From: a bacterium
GTDB lineage: Bacteria; SAR324; NAC60-12
Length of the DNA stretch: 64,000 bases
Reading direction: 5' to 3'
NCBI GenBank assembly: GCA_965233585.1
Contig: CBDDTI010000747.1
Coordinates: forward strand, 1 to 64,000
In this document: in pieces, positions 9,438 through 18,892 of the stretch
How positions within the stretch are numbered: the stretch's first letter is position 1
How the letters are laid out: the number at the start of each line of letters is the position of its first letter
The notes under the pieces: generated by a model
Seen by the model: only the letters and a program-made list of their open reading frames with translations
What the model was told of the DNA's origin: nothing
Database searches by the model: none
Position numbers and translations under genes: made by a program

Positions 9438-10460
9438 TTAAATCAAGCTAGTTTGGAATCCGCAAGGAAAAGGAGCGTTGGGGTCAATATGAACCCAGTT
9501 GAAACCAGTGACGTAAGCAGAGCCTTCAATAGATGGAATGATGGCAGGAATCCCCCCAACTTTTGTGTGTTCTTCTGGTTTGCCTACAAATTGAGAGCCG
9601 ATGATGCTTTCATGCACAAAGTCCTCTCCTATTTGCAAATGTTGTCTGGCAACCAGTTGAGCCATTCTTGCTGACGTGCCTGTGCCACATGGTGATCGGT
9701 CAATGGCATTATCACCATAAAAAACGGCATTGCGTGCATGACTACCAGACTGCTTAGGCAGACCCGTCCATTGAATATGAGACAAACCTTGAATTTGAGG
9801 ATTGTTAGGGTGAATAAATTCATAATGTTCATTGATACGTCCCCTCAAATCTCTTGCCATCGTAATCAATTCAGAAACTGAATAATCAGCCATGTCTTGA
9901 AAGTTTTCTTGTTCTTCTATGATTGCATAAAAATTGCCTCCATACGCCACATCAAAAGTCAAATGTCCTAAAAACTTAGATTCAATCTGCAAGCCTTGTG
10001 AATGCAAGAAGGAAGGGACGTTGCGAATTTTGACAGATTGCACACGATGCCCTTTGAGCTTGTAAGTGGCTTGCACAAAACCAGCAGGGGTCTCTAAATT
10101 CAAAACACCGGGAGTTTTGGGAATTACCAATCCATGTTCAATGGCAACAGTGACCGTGCCAATCGTTCCATGTCCACACATTGGCAAACAACCACTTGTT
10201 TCAATAAACACAATGCCAACATCACATCGTTCATCAGCTGAAGGAAAAAGCATTGCCCCCGATTGCATGTCATGCCCCCGTGGCTCAAACAACAACCCTT
10301 GACGAATCCAGTCAAACTCTTGCAAAAAATGTTGACGTTTTTCAAACATCGTTTGACCACAAAGCATTGGCACACCCCCAACCACCACTCTGACAGGATT
10401 GCCGCAGGTGTGAGCATCAATACAAGCAAAGGTTTTTTGCGGGATATTGGGGAAGGTCAT
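9438..10460 (-). CDS. 4-hydroxyproline 2-epimerase / proline racemase family protein
   Basis: IDAHTCGNP, EPRGH, catalytic MCGH and DRSPCGTGT motifs (Cys/Cys pair). Confidence 0.9.
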   Translation of the reverse strand: MTFPNIPQKTFACIDAHTCGNPVRVVVGGVPMLCGQTMFEKRQHFLQEFDWIRQGLLFEPRGHDMQSGAMLFPSADERCDVGIVFIETSGCLPMCGHGTIGTVTVAIEHGLVIPKTPGVLNLETPAGFVQATYKLKGHRVQSVKIRNVPSFLHSQGLQIESKFLGHLTFDVAYGGNFYAIIEEQENFQDMADYSVSELITMARDLRGRINEHYEFIHPNNPQIQGLSHIQWTGLPKQSGSHARNAVFYGDNAIDRSPCGTGTSARMAQLVARQHLQIGEDFVHESIIGSQFVGKPEEHTKVGGIPAIIPSIEGSAYVTGFNWVHIDPNAPFPCGFQTSLI

Positions 10461-11044
10461 GTTTTTGGGTTTTGTTGGGTTGCAATCCAGTGAATCGCTT
10501 GGGGCAAGATGAGACGTTCTTGTTCTTGAATACGTTGGGTCAGGGTGTCTAATGTGTCATGCTCGTCAATGGGGACAGCAGATTGAGCAATGAGCTGTCC
10601 TGTGTCAATTCCTTCATCAACAAAAAAGACAGACGCACCTGTGACCTTTGCTCCATAATCCAACGCCTGTTGCACAGCATTTAAGCCAGCAAATGCAGGT
10701 AAAAGCGATGGGTGAACATTGATGATTTTGTCCCTCCAAAGTTTCACAAACTCCGCAGACAGCAACCTCATAAAGCCTGCCAGCACAATCAAGTCAACTT
10801 GTGATTCTGACAGAATCTGATGCAGCATCATATCAAAATCAAGTCTTGAAGCAAAGGTTTTGCGGTCTATAAAGTGGGATTGAATCCCGTGCGTTTCAGC
10901 CCGTTGCAGTGCAAAAGCCTGTGCCTTGTCTGCAATGACAACCTGAATCTGAACAGGAAGTTTGCCTTGTTCAGATTGGTTGATGATTTCTTGCAAATTA
11001 CTCCCATACCCTGATGCTAAAACGGCAATAGGCAGTTTCGTCAT
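10457..11044 (-). CDS. purN: Phosphoribosylglycinamide formyltransferase
   Basis: ASGYGSNLQ, LAGFMRLL, NVHPSLLPAF motifs. Confidence 0.96.
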   Translation of the reverse strand: MTKLPIAVLASGYGSNLQEIINQSEQGKLPVQIQVVIADKAQAFALQRAETHGIQSHFIDRKTFASRLDFDMMLHQILSESQVDLIVLAGFMRLLSAEFVKLWRDKIINVHPSLLPAFAGLNAVQQALDYGAKVTGASVFFVDEGIDTGQLIAQSAVPIDEHDTLDTLTQRIQEQERLILPQAIHWIATQQNPKT

Positions 11045-12828
11045 ATTGAATCAGCACCTGACTTTGCATGATTGATGGCAACTTGTTGCTCCATGTCTAT
11101 TTTATGCTGTTTCAGTTTAGCTCGTAGGTCTGCATGATGAACGGCAAGAATTTGGGTGGCTAAAATGGCTGCATTAGCACCGCCTCCAATCGCAACAGTA
11201 GCAACAGGCACACCCGGTGGCATTTGAACAATGGACAACAGGGCATCATGTCCCTCTAAACTAGATTTAATGGGGACGCCAATGACAGGCTTGATGGTTT
11301 GAGATGCCACGACCCCGGGCAAATGTGCTGCCATTCCTGCAAAAGCAATGAAGACCCCCGCCCCTGCATTTTCGCACTCTTGAATGAATTGCGTCACACG
11401 GTCAGGTGAACGGTGTGCAGAGGCGACGATGGCTTTGTAGCTGACCCCAAATTGCTTTAAAATCGCAGCAGATTTTTTGACAATTTCCAAATCTGAGTGA
11501 CTTCCTGCCACCATGCCCACACAAATTTCAGGGTGATTTTTTTCATGGAAAAGCCCTTTTAAGCCAATATCTCTGCGATACGTTTTGCCCTTCCATTGAA
11601 TTTTAGGGACTTGTTCATAAGCTCTATTTAGTGCCTGTTCCAATGTGTTTGCTCTGGTGGTGATGCTCAAAACCCGTCCCCCGTTGACTCGGAAGGCTTG
11701 ACCATCTGCCACTGTGCCTGCATGAAACACCTTGACTGCTTCGTCATTGCAAACTTGCTCCAATCCTGAAATCACCTCACCTTTCACAGGATTCTTGGGA
11801 TAGCCTTCTGCGGCAAGAACAACACATGCAGCGGCTTCGTGTAACTGTAGTGAGTCTTGATATTTAGCCAGCTGACCTTTGGCTGCGTCAAGGAACAACG
11901 GCACAATGTCATTTTTAAACCGCATCATCATCACTTGACATTCAGGGTCTCCCAGACGGCAATTAAATTCAACAACTTTGGGCTGACCTTCGTGAATCAT
12001 CAATCCAGCATAAAGCACGCCTTGATATGGACGCCCTTCCTTTGCCATGCCTTCAATCGTGGGTTGAACAATTTGATCCAAAATTTTTTGTTCTACTTCC
12101 TTGGTGATGACAGGTGCTGGAGAATAAGCACCCATGCCACCTGTGTTCAAGCCTGTTTCCAGTTCACCAATGCGTTTATAATCCTGACTGTTTGGCAAAG
12201 TGACAAAGTCTTGACCATCAGAGATGACAAAATACGAGGCTTCCTCACCTTCTAAAAATTCTTCAATCACAACGGAACGTCCTGCCTCGCCAAACAACAC
12301 GCCTGAAAGCATGCCTTCAATCGTACGTCCAGCTTCTGCAAGGTCTTGACAAATCACAACACCTTTTCCACCTGCTAATCCACTGGCTTTGACAACATAA
12401 GGAGCGTTGAGCGTGTGCAAAAATTCTACGGCTTGAGAGGTTTGATGAGACTGGAAGGTTTGAAAGTTTGCAGTAGGAATGCCATGTTTTTTCATAAATT
12501 CTTTGGCAAAGGCTTTGTCTCCTTCTATTCTGGCACTTTCTGCTGACGCCCCAACAACAAGATGATTTTTCTGCCTCAAAGCATCGGCTAGTCCGGAGAC
12601 TAAATATTGCTCACTGCCAATCACTGTTAAGTCTATTTGGTGCGTTTCTACCAGCTTGACGATTTGTTCATTGGTCTCTTGTTCAGAGCAAAGCTCATGG
12701 CATGTTGCCACTTGTGCAATGCCTGCATTGCCCGGTGAACAAAAAAGTTCTTTGACAAGGGGACTTTGGGAGATTTTCCAGCAAAGTGCGTGTTCTCTTG
12801 CTCCATTTCCAACAACTAAGATTTTCAT
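11041..12828 (-). CDS. purD: Fused phosphoribosylamine-glycine ligase / N5-CAIR mutase (PurD-PurE)
   Basis: GNGAREHA, KASGLAGGKGV, NTGGMGAYSP, EFNCRLGDPE, followed by PurE motifs GSHSD, SAHRSP, AGMAAHLPG, VQMPPGVPVATV. Confidence 0.95.
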   Translation of the reverse strand: MKILVVGNGAREHALCWKISQSPLVKELFCSPGNAGIAQVATCHELCSEQETNEQIVKLVETHQIDLTVIGSEQYLVSGLADALRQKNHLVVGASAESARIEGDKAFAKEFMKKHGIPTANFQTFQSHQTSQAVEFLHTLNAPYVVKASGLAGGKGVVICQDLAEAGRTIEGMLSGVLFGEAGRSVVIEEFLEGEEASYFVISDGQDFVTLPNSQDYKRIGELETGLNTGGMGAYSPAPVITKEVEQKILDQIVQPTIEGMAKEGRPYQGVLYAGLMIHEGQPKVVEFNCRLGDPECQVMMMRFKNDIVPLFLDAAKGQLAKYQDSLQLHEAAACVVLAAEGYPKNPVKGEVISGLEQVCNDEAVKVFHAGTVADGQAFRVNGGRVLSITTRANTLEQALNRAYEQVPKIQWKGKTYRRDIGLKGLFHEKNHPEICVGMVAGSHSDLEIVKKSAAILKQFGVSYKAIVASAHRSPDRVTQFIQECENAGAGVFIAFAGMAAHLPGVVASQTIKPVIGVPIKSSLEGHDALLSIVQMPPGVPVATVAIGGGANAAILATQILAVHHADLRAKLKQHKIDMEQQVAINHAKSGADSI

Positions 12829-12884
12829 AATTTCCTCAAAAAGATAAAAGTTGAATTGATTTTTGATGATTCAAGTTTAGGGAT

Positions 12885-13736
12885 TCAAAATAAAGTTTGT
12901 TGAGTTTGGGGCTGGCTTTGATATTTTCCTGTAAATTCCTTGTTGTTTTTTCTGTCTTGAAACGTTTTTCGCACGACATGCTTTTCTTGCTCTTCCAAAA
13001 TTTTTGAACGTTCGTCTTCTGCATGACTCAAACGTTCTTGTGCCATGCTGACATAATTTTGTGAAATCTCAATGCCAAGATACTTTTGATTTAAGAGTTT
13101 AGAAGCAACTAAAGTGGAGCCACTGCCAGCATAAGGGTCAATCACCAAGCCTTGTTCTTCGTCCAAAATGGCATAAATGATTCTTGCGGGTAAAGCTAGG
13201 GGAAAAGGTGCAGGATGTGGATTGTCTCTTTCGGGAGAAAGACGCCAAATAGAAGTCAACAAAGCATGTTTAGATTTTAACTCCCGACCAATTTTTTGAT
13301 TGTTGCAAGGTTTGTATAGCCAATAGATTCTTTCATCTATTTGCCAAAAACGCCAGCCTCTGATGTTTGCCGCAATCATTCTGTCCCAAATAATTTCCTG
13401 TTTGACAGACCATTTGCTTTTTAACAACCATTCCATCGGGTGAATCATTGCTCCTTGATTCCAGCGAGTCTTATGATTATAAAAAAATGACCCTCCTGAT
13501 TTAGTAACCCTATACAATTCATTCAAAACCTCTATCTGATTTTGTTGATAATCCTCTTCCGTTTGAATATCACGCATCGCATCGTATTTGACGTTTTGGA
13601 CAAGCCACCCTTTCTGCTTTTCTTGTTTGTTATAAGGTGGTGAAGTAATTCCCAAATCTACCAGTTCGTCAGGCAATTTTTTTAATTCTGTGAACGTATC
13701 ACCTATTAAAATTTGGTTATGATATGGATTTGCCAT
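12885..13736 (-). CDS. Orphan beta-class DNA amino-methyltransferase (SPPY, likely m4C)
   Basis: Catalytic ITSPPYN precedes HPAPFP and the SAM-binding IDPYAGSGST. No adjacent endonuclease. Confidence 0.88.
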   Translation of the reverse strand: MANPYHNQILIGDTFTELKKLPDELVDLGITSPPYNKQEKQKGWLVQNVKYDAMRDIQTEEDYQQNQIEVLNELYRVTKSGGSFFYNHKTRWNQGAMIHPMEWLLKSKWSVKQEIIWDRMIAANIRGWRFWQIDERIYWLYKPCNNQKIGRELKSKHALLTSIWRLSPERDNPHPAPFPLALPARIIYAILDEEQGLVIDPYAGSGSTLVASKLLNQKYLGIEISQNYVSMAQERLSHAEDERSKILEEQEKHVVRKTFQDRKNNKEFTGKYQSQPQTQQTLF

Positions 13737-13779
13737 GAAGCTCCAGTAGAGAATTTTAAAAAAATAATAAACTCTAACT

Positions 13780-15078
13780 TCAAGGAGCGATTAATTTTTC
13801 TGATAAGACTCCATTGACAGAAAGTTTCTCAATCAACCATGCTGGAACTCCTCTTGAGGTATTCAAACGAATTTGTGAAAGTTGTGCATTGTGCCATCTG
13901 ATTTGATGAACCACAGAGTTTTGAAAGACAGACCGAGTCAGTTTGGCATGACCCAGATTGGCTTGTGCCAGAAATGAATTATAGACTTTAACCCCCTTCA
14001 AGTTAGCTCCCTCTAAATCCATACGATACAAAAATGAATCTAAAATGGTGACGTCTTCTAGTCTTGCTTGACAGGCAGTAGCTTGTTCTAAATTACTTCC
14101 AAAAAACTCTGCATTTTGAAAAATTGCCCCCGAAAGATTGGCATTTTGAAATTTGGAGTAATGCAAAGTGGCATTGGTAAAGTTGGCATTTTGAAGTTTT
14201 GCCCCTGTGAAGTTTGTGCCTGTGAGTGTCATATTTTCAAAGGAAGAACCTCTTAAATCTAAACCATTCAAATCTTTTTTTTGAAAATTGCAATGGGAGT
14301 AATCTCTCCACGGCTTGAATGAACGGCAATTTCCTTTCTCAATCTTTTGCAAAACAGGAGGCTTTTGTTTAAGGAGGCAAGAATAGGTCGGTTTTTTTAT
14401 GTTCTTTTGAGGCAAGTTTGGTGATTGAAAAGTCTTTTGATTTGGTTCAGGGTGTGTTTGAATATAGTGTATTGTTTCTTGGAGTTGTTTGAGTCTTTTT
14501 TTGGCACTTTGATTGTCAGCATGAGAGGCAATTTGATAGAACTGCTCAGCTTGTTCTAAGTCTTTGGCAACACCATTGCCTTGTTCGTAAAGTAGCCCAA
14601 GATAGTAATTAGCATCGCTGACATCTTGGTCTGCCGCTTTTTGAAGCCATTGCAACGCCATTGAAAAATTTTGTTGAATGCCACGACCGTAGTAGTACAT
14701 TAACCCCAGATGGTATTGTGCCATTGGAACATTTTGCCTTGCGGAGTGATAGAACCATTCAAAAGCATCAAAATAATTCCGAGCCATTCCATGTCCGTAA
14801 TAGTGCATGATTCCAATGTAATACTTGGCTTGTGGATAATCAGAATTTGCACTTTTTAGGAATAATGGATAAGCATTTGCATAATCTGGTTGTGAATCTT
14901 TTCCTTTGTAGTAGATCATTGCAAGCTGGAATTGTGAACTTGCGACACCTGCCTCAGCTTCATCTAAAAGCCTTTCAAATTCTGTTTGAGGGAAAACAGG
15001 AGAAGAAACGAAGCTGATGAAGAGGACAGCGAGAGTATAACAACAAATAGATTTGATTTTGACTAAACCTTTCATCAA
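13780..15078 (-). CDS. Secreted Sel1-repeat plus pentapeptide-repeat protein
   Basis: Signal peptide, Sel1 repeats (AQYHLGLMYYYGRG), then A(N/K)(L/F)xx pentapeptide repeats. Confidence 0.88.
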   Translation of the reverse strand: MMKGLVKIKSICCYTLAVLFISFVSSPVFPQTEFERLLDEAEAGVASSQFQLAMIYYKGKDSQPDYANAYPLFLKSANSDYPQAKYYIGIMHYYGHGMARNYFDAFEWFYHSARQNVPMAQYHLGLMYYYGRGIQQNFSMALQWLQKAADQDVSDANYYLGLLYEQGNGVAKDLEQAEQFYQIASHADNQSAKKRLKQLQETIHYIQTHPEPNQKTFQSPNLPQKNIKKPTYSCLLKQKPPVLQKIEKGNCRSFKPWRDYSHCNFQKKDLNGLDLRGSSFENMTLTGTNFTGAKLQNANFTNATLHYSKFQNANLSGAIFQNAEFFGSNLEQATACQARLEDVTILDSFLYRMDLEGANLKGVKVYNSFLAQANLGHAKLTRSVFQNSVVHQIRWHNAQLSQIRLNTSRGVPAWLIEKLSVNGVLSEKLIAP

Positions 15079-15088
15079 TCAAAACACT

Positions 15089-15436
15089 ATGAAAACATTT
15101 AAATTTTACCCCGTAGCACTGGCACTACTAATTGTGATGAGTGCCTGCTCAAAAGCAAGACATGCAACAGCCAAATTGGAACTCTCAGCAACTGAAGTCA
15201 CAACTGAAGAAACCATTATAGGAAAAGCTGAAGGCTCCACTTACGACCGCCTTTACTGGTATGTTGGGGGAGTCCTGCAACCTGATTGCCAAAACAAAGT
15301 GGAATGCGAATTTATATTTGATGAAGTAGGAGAATTTGAGATTAAGCTAGAAGCATCGGTGACGCCCGTTTCAGGAGTGTCAGGCTGGCAAACCCGAACA
15401 GAATCCTCTTCAACCAAAACTATTATCGTTCAATAG
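15089..15436 (+). CDS. Small lipoprotein with PKD/Ig-like domain
   Basis: Lipobox MSAC; beta-rich body (YWYVGG...FIFDEVGEFEIKL). Confidence 0.7.
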   Translation: MKTFKFYPVALALLIVMSACSKARHATAKLELSATEVTTEETIIGKAEGSTYDRLYWYVGGVLQPDCQNKVECEFIFDEVGEFEIKLEASVTPVSGVSGWQTRTESSSTKTIIVQ

Positions 15437-15758
15437 GTGTTTCTAACTCCTTGAGACTCTTGAGTTCTTGATGTTTCAACACTGCTAATTTTTTAAATTG
15501 GTTGACCTCTTGGCTTCTTCTCTTCAACAAGTAATGAATTTTCAGATGCTCGCCCAACAACACCATTGCAGCACATAAAATCCCCAAAATAAAAGCAAGA
15601 GTTAAAGCCACCCACAAAGGAACTTTCACACTGAACAGCTGCAGATTGACAGTGTCCAAGTAAAATTTGATTAAGACTTCTTGCGTGTTATCCAAGCTGA
15701 AAGCCAGCACTACAAGCAAAGCGCCTGCGAAAATCATCAATTTCAAATACTTCAGCAT
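15423..15758 (-). CDS. LapA-family membrane protein
   Basis: Two TM segments, FSLDNTQEV and VPLWVALTLAFILG, then a coiled tail. Confidence 0.7.
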   Translation of the reverse strand: MLKYLKLMIFAGALLVVLAFSLDNTQEVLIKFYLDTVNLQLFSVKVPLWVALTLAFILGILCAAMVLLGEHLKIHYLLKRRSQEVNQFKKLAVLKHQELKSLKELETPIER

Positions 15759-15767
15759 CAGCTTGGG

Positions 15768-16622
15768 TTAGTATGCAAGGAATTTGAGAGAAAAGCTGGG
15801 TTTTTGAGAAAGAAAGTTTTTGGCACGTTTAATCTGCCCCAAAACATCTAACCAAGAAGGTTCAGAATCTTGGTAGAGAATCTGATAGCCACCTTCAAGC
15901 CCTAAATCTTCAACAAGTGTCCTCAGTGCATCAGAGGCACTGCCAAGTGCATCAACAAGCCCAAGATGATATGCCTGCCTGCCACTTAAAACACGTCCAT
16001 CTGCAACCTCTACAAGTTGTTGACGGTCAAGATTTTTGCGTTGTGCCAGAATGGCGTCAACAAATTGCTCATGTACATCATTGACCATGTCTGCCAAGAT
16101 TCTTTTTTCCTCATCGCTTGAGTCTCTAAACATAGAACCTGTGTCTTTGTATTTGCCACTTTTGACCACTTCAAATGTGATTCCCAATTTCTCAGATACC
16201 TCTTTGAGATTAGGAAATTGCATAATCACGCCAATACTTCCTGTAATCGTGCCGGGATTTGCAAAAATTTTCTCTGTGGCACTCAAAACATAATAGCCCC
16301 CTGATGCAGCTGCATTACTTGCAGAACCATAAACAGACTTATGCCTTCTCGCCTTCACAATGGCAGAATAAATTTCTTGCGAACTCCCTACTTTGCCACC
16401 GGGGCTGTCCACCTTGACTAAAATCCCTTTGACATAGTCGTCATTTTGGAAGTCCTGAAGCTGTTTTACAATGCTTTGAGCATTGTCAATTTCTCCGTGA
16501 ATCTCCACAATCCCAATCGCATGTTCCGACACCTGATATTTTGACACTCCAAAAATCACAGAGGACAAGATGACAAAAAGAAAACTCCCAGTGAGATAAG
16601 GATGACGTTGTAAAACATTCAT
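15768..16622 (-). CDS. sppA: Signal peptide peptidase SppA (36K type)
   Basis: VDSPGG, AASGGYY, TGSIGV, KSGKYKD, ADGRVLSG motifs. Confidence 0.93.
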   Translation of the reverse strand: MNVLQRHPYLTGSFLFVILSSVIFGVSKYQVSEHAIGIVEIHGEIDNAQSIVKQLQDFQNDDYVKGILVKVDSPGGKVGSSQEIYSAIVKARRHKSVYGSASNAAASGGYYVLSATEKIFANPGTITGSIGVIMQFPNLKEVSEKLGITFEVVKSGKYKDTGSMFRDSSDEEKRILADMVNDVHEQFVDAILAQRKNLDRQQLVEVADGRVLSGRQAYHLGLVDALGSASDALRTLVEDLGLEGGYQILYQDSEPSWLDVLGQIKRAKNFLSQKPSFSLKFLAY

Positions 16623-16840
16623 ATTAATAGACTCAAATGTTAGGAAGGTTAGGGGGACAATCCAAATGATTGTATTCTCAATCAATCAACAGGCTATCAT
16701 CTCTCAAAATGAAACGAAAATCAAACCAAATCCATTAAATCTAATGCTTGATTTGAGACAATCCAGAACAAAAACAAATCAAAAAAATGAATTGAAAACA
16801 GGAAAAGAAAGAAAGAAGGAAAACGTCTGCTCACTTTTGA

Positions 16841-18039
16841 AAAGAAAATCTTTCAAAGAAAATTGAACAATTCAAAATGATCAGATTTCTGCTTCGTGTG
16901 TCTCCAATGTCAAGTCACAGGAATGAACCTAGATGACATAAGCAGGCATGTTTTGAGTCAGGACGAAAGATTCTGGATTTGTTGTAGAGACAGCCCCGTG
17001 ACTGATTCAATCAAGTCTTTGTCTAATCCTTGAGCCAGCATGTTTTGAGCAATTTGAATTTTTTCTTGCTCAATGCCTTTTTCAATTCCTTTTTCCATTC
17101 CTTCTTGTCGTCCTTGTTCAATGCCCTCTTGTTTTCCTTTTTCAATTCCTTCTTCAATGCCTTCTTGTCGTCCTTGTTCAATGCCCTCTTGTTTTCCTTT
17201 TTCCATTCCTTCTTGTCGTCCTTGTTTGATGCCTCTTTCTATGCCTTGTTTGACGCCTTTTTCCATTCCTTTTCGGAAGTTGAGTTGTTCAGCTCCTTTG
17301 ATGACTGCTACAAACTCCTGTCTTTTATAGACCATCTCCAGCTCTTCAGGAGAAAGCCCTGCTTGGTCAACGACATGTAAGGCTTGTTGGATTGTAGGAT
17401 TCAGGACTTCTGGAATGTCTTGTAGCTTTTCTGCATGCTTGATGAAGTAAATCCATTCTTCTTGCAATGCCTCCAATTCGTTTAAAGATTTTTGAAACTT
17501 AGGAAGTTCTACAAAGATGAGTTCTATGTCATCAGAGTATTGGGTCAGAGTCTTTTTGTCTAAAAGTTTAAAAGAATTGATGATGTTGTCATTGTCTTCA
17601 AACATGACGAAGTCTAGGACATTCAAAGCGATGACAGGGTTCAGCAGGTGATATTGGTCTCCTTTGACCAGTTGCATAGAATAACTTTTACAAGCATTGT
17701 AGAGGATTCGTTTCTCAAAACCATCGTGGTTGACAATCTGCATCTCAATCAACACTTGTTCTCCTGTGTCAAGTCTTGCTTTCACGTCAACGAAGGTGAT
17801 TTTCATGCCTTGCAGTAAAGGGGGATTGTAAGGGTCTTGAATGGTCAGGTCTTGCACTTTCTGTTGATGAGGGAACTCTATCATCGCATTGAGAAAGCTG
17901 ATAAGCAGCGATTTGTTCTTCTCATCTCCAAACAGCATCTTGAACGCATAGTCTGTCTTGATGTCTAAAAATCTCATGGCAGTTTTTTCATAGTAGTTTT
18001 ATTGATTCAGTCAAAGAAAATCTTTCAAAGAAAATTGAA
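16841..18039. repeat. 27-bp direct repeat flanking the Rpn gene
   Basis: AAAGAAAATCTTTCAAAGAAAATTGAA at 16841-16867 and 18013-18039; a 1-mismatch copy at 20633-20659. Confidence 0.9.
16958..17977 (-). CDS. Rpn-family recombination-promoting nuclease / PD-(D/E)XK putative transposase
   Basis: DIKTDYAFKMLFG, VDVKA...IEMQ, FVELPKF, C-terminal (E/Q/K)G(I/M/K/R)x tetrapeptide repeats and IAQNML...TGLS tail. Confidence 0.93.
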   Translation of the reverse strand: MRFLDIKTDYAFKMLFGDEKNKSLLISFLNAMIEFPHQQKVQDLTIQDPYNPPLLQGMKITFVDVKARLDTGEQVLIEMQIVNHDGFEKRILYNACKSYSMQLVKGDQYHLLNPVIALNVLDFVMFEDNDNIINSFKLLDKKTLTQYSDDIELIFVELPKFQKSLNELEALQEEWIYFIKHAEKLQDIPEVLNPTIQQALHVVDQAGLSPEELEMVYKRQEFVAVIKGAEQLNFRKGMEKGVKQGIERGIKQGRQEGMEKGKQEGIEQGRQEGIEEGIEKGKQEGIEQGRQEGMEKGIEKGIEQEKIQIAQNMLAQGLDKDLIESVTGLSLQQIQNLSS

Positions 18040-18068
18040 AATGAAGAAATGAGCAGCGAAGACAGAGG

Positions 18069-18830
18069 TTAACTTAAACTCTGGTTTGGGGAAGTGATGC
18101 GGAGTTGTCCTGATTCTTCTTCTAAAATGTAAATCCCTAAAGACTTCGCTTTTTCTAACACTTTGGGTTGAATCACTTCTGCTGCAATACCCAGACGAAT
18201 GTTGCCTTTGTATCTGGGATAAGCCTGTTCTAAAAAATCCCGCTGCTTGAAAAGCTGGTCAAAGGTTTTCATCTTCGGATTGTGCTTCACTTCTATCAAA
18301 AACAGCTGCGTGTCATTACGCATGATGATGTCGCATTCTGTCTGAATAACACCTTCCTTCATAATCTGCATTCCTTTTTCTACATGGTCATAATGAATGC
18401 CATCTACTACCTCCATATTAGAAAGACTTTCTGCATAACGTTTTTCATACTTCTCGCTTTCAACGTCTGTGTAACGTCCTATTTGTTTGGCTAAATCAGA
18501 CAACACCTGATCCATCTTTGCCTCCCGTTCTTTACGTTCTTGCTTCCATCTTTCAAAATCTGCATCACGTCTGGCTTGCAATTCTGCTTCTTGCTTTTCA
18601 CGCTCTGCTTCTCGTTTCTCACGTTCTGCTTGTGCCTCTGCTTCTCGTTTTTCACGCTCTGCCTCTAGCTCTTTCTTCCACTCCTCAAACTCTGCTTCTC
18701 GTTGGGCTTTTGCTTCGGCTTGCTCTTTGGCAAAGGCTTTTTTCCACGCTGCAAACTCTGCGTCTCGTTGGATTTGTGCTTTGGCACTTTCTTCCAAGAT
18801 TCTTTCTATTCTATCTAAACGTTCTGACAT
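18069..18830 (-). CDS. Coiled-coil + PD-(D/E)XK nuclease-like protein, array copy 1 (253 aa)
   Basis: AGGAG RBS before ATG 18830. E/K/R/A-rich coiled coil, then ECDIIMRN...LIEVK motif (DUF3782-like). Confidence 0.8.
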   Translation of the reverse strand: MSERLDRIERILEESAKAQIQRDAEFAAWKKAFAKEQAEAKAQREAEFEEWKKELEAEREKREAEAQAEREKREAEREKQEAELQARRDADFERWKQERKEREAKMDQVLSDLAKQIGRYTDVESEKYEKRYAESLSNMEVVDGIHYDHVEKGMQIMKEGVIQTECDIIMRNDTQLFLIEVKHNPKMKTFDQLFKQRDFLEQAYPRYKGNIRLGIAAEVIQPKVLEKAKSLGIYILEEESGQLRITSPNQSLS

Positions 18831-18892
18831 CACCACTCCTTGACAATGAATGCACAACAATCAAAAAACTCCAGTCTAACAGAGGCTTCTTA

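Noticed and set aside
11041..12828. PurD-PurE fusion (and SecD-SecF fusion at 39590-42106) as novelty
   Set aside because: Both fusions are already known in several bacterial lineages.
17030..17380. Antisense ORFs over the Rpn repeats (and 18518-18907, 21277-21528, 22132-22533 over the coiled coils)
   Set aside because: Shadow frames produced by stop-free low-complexity repeats.
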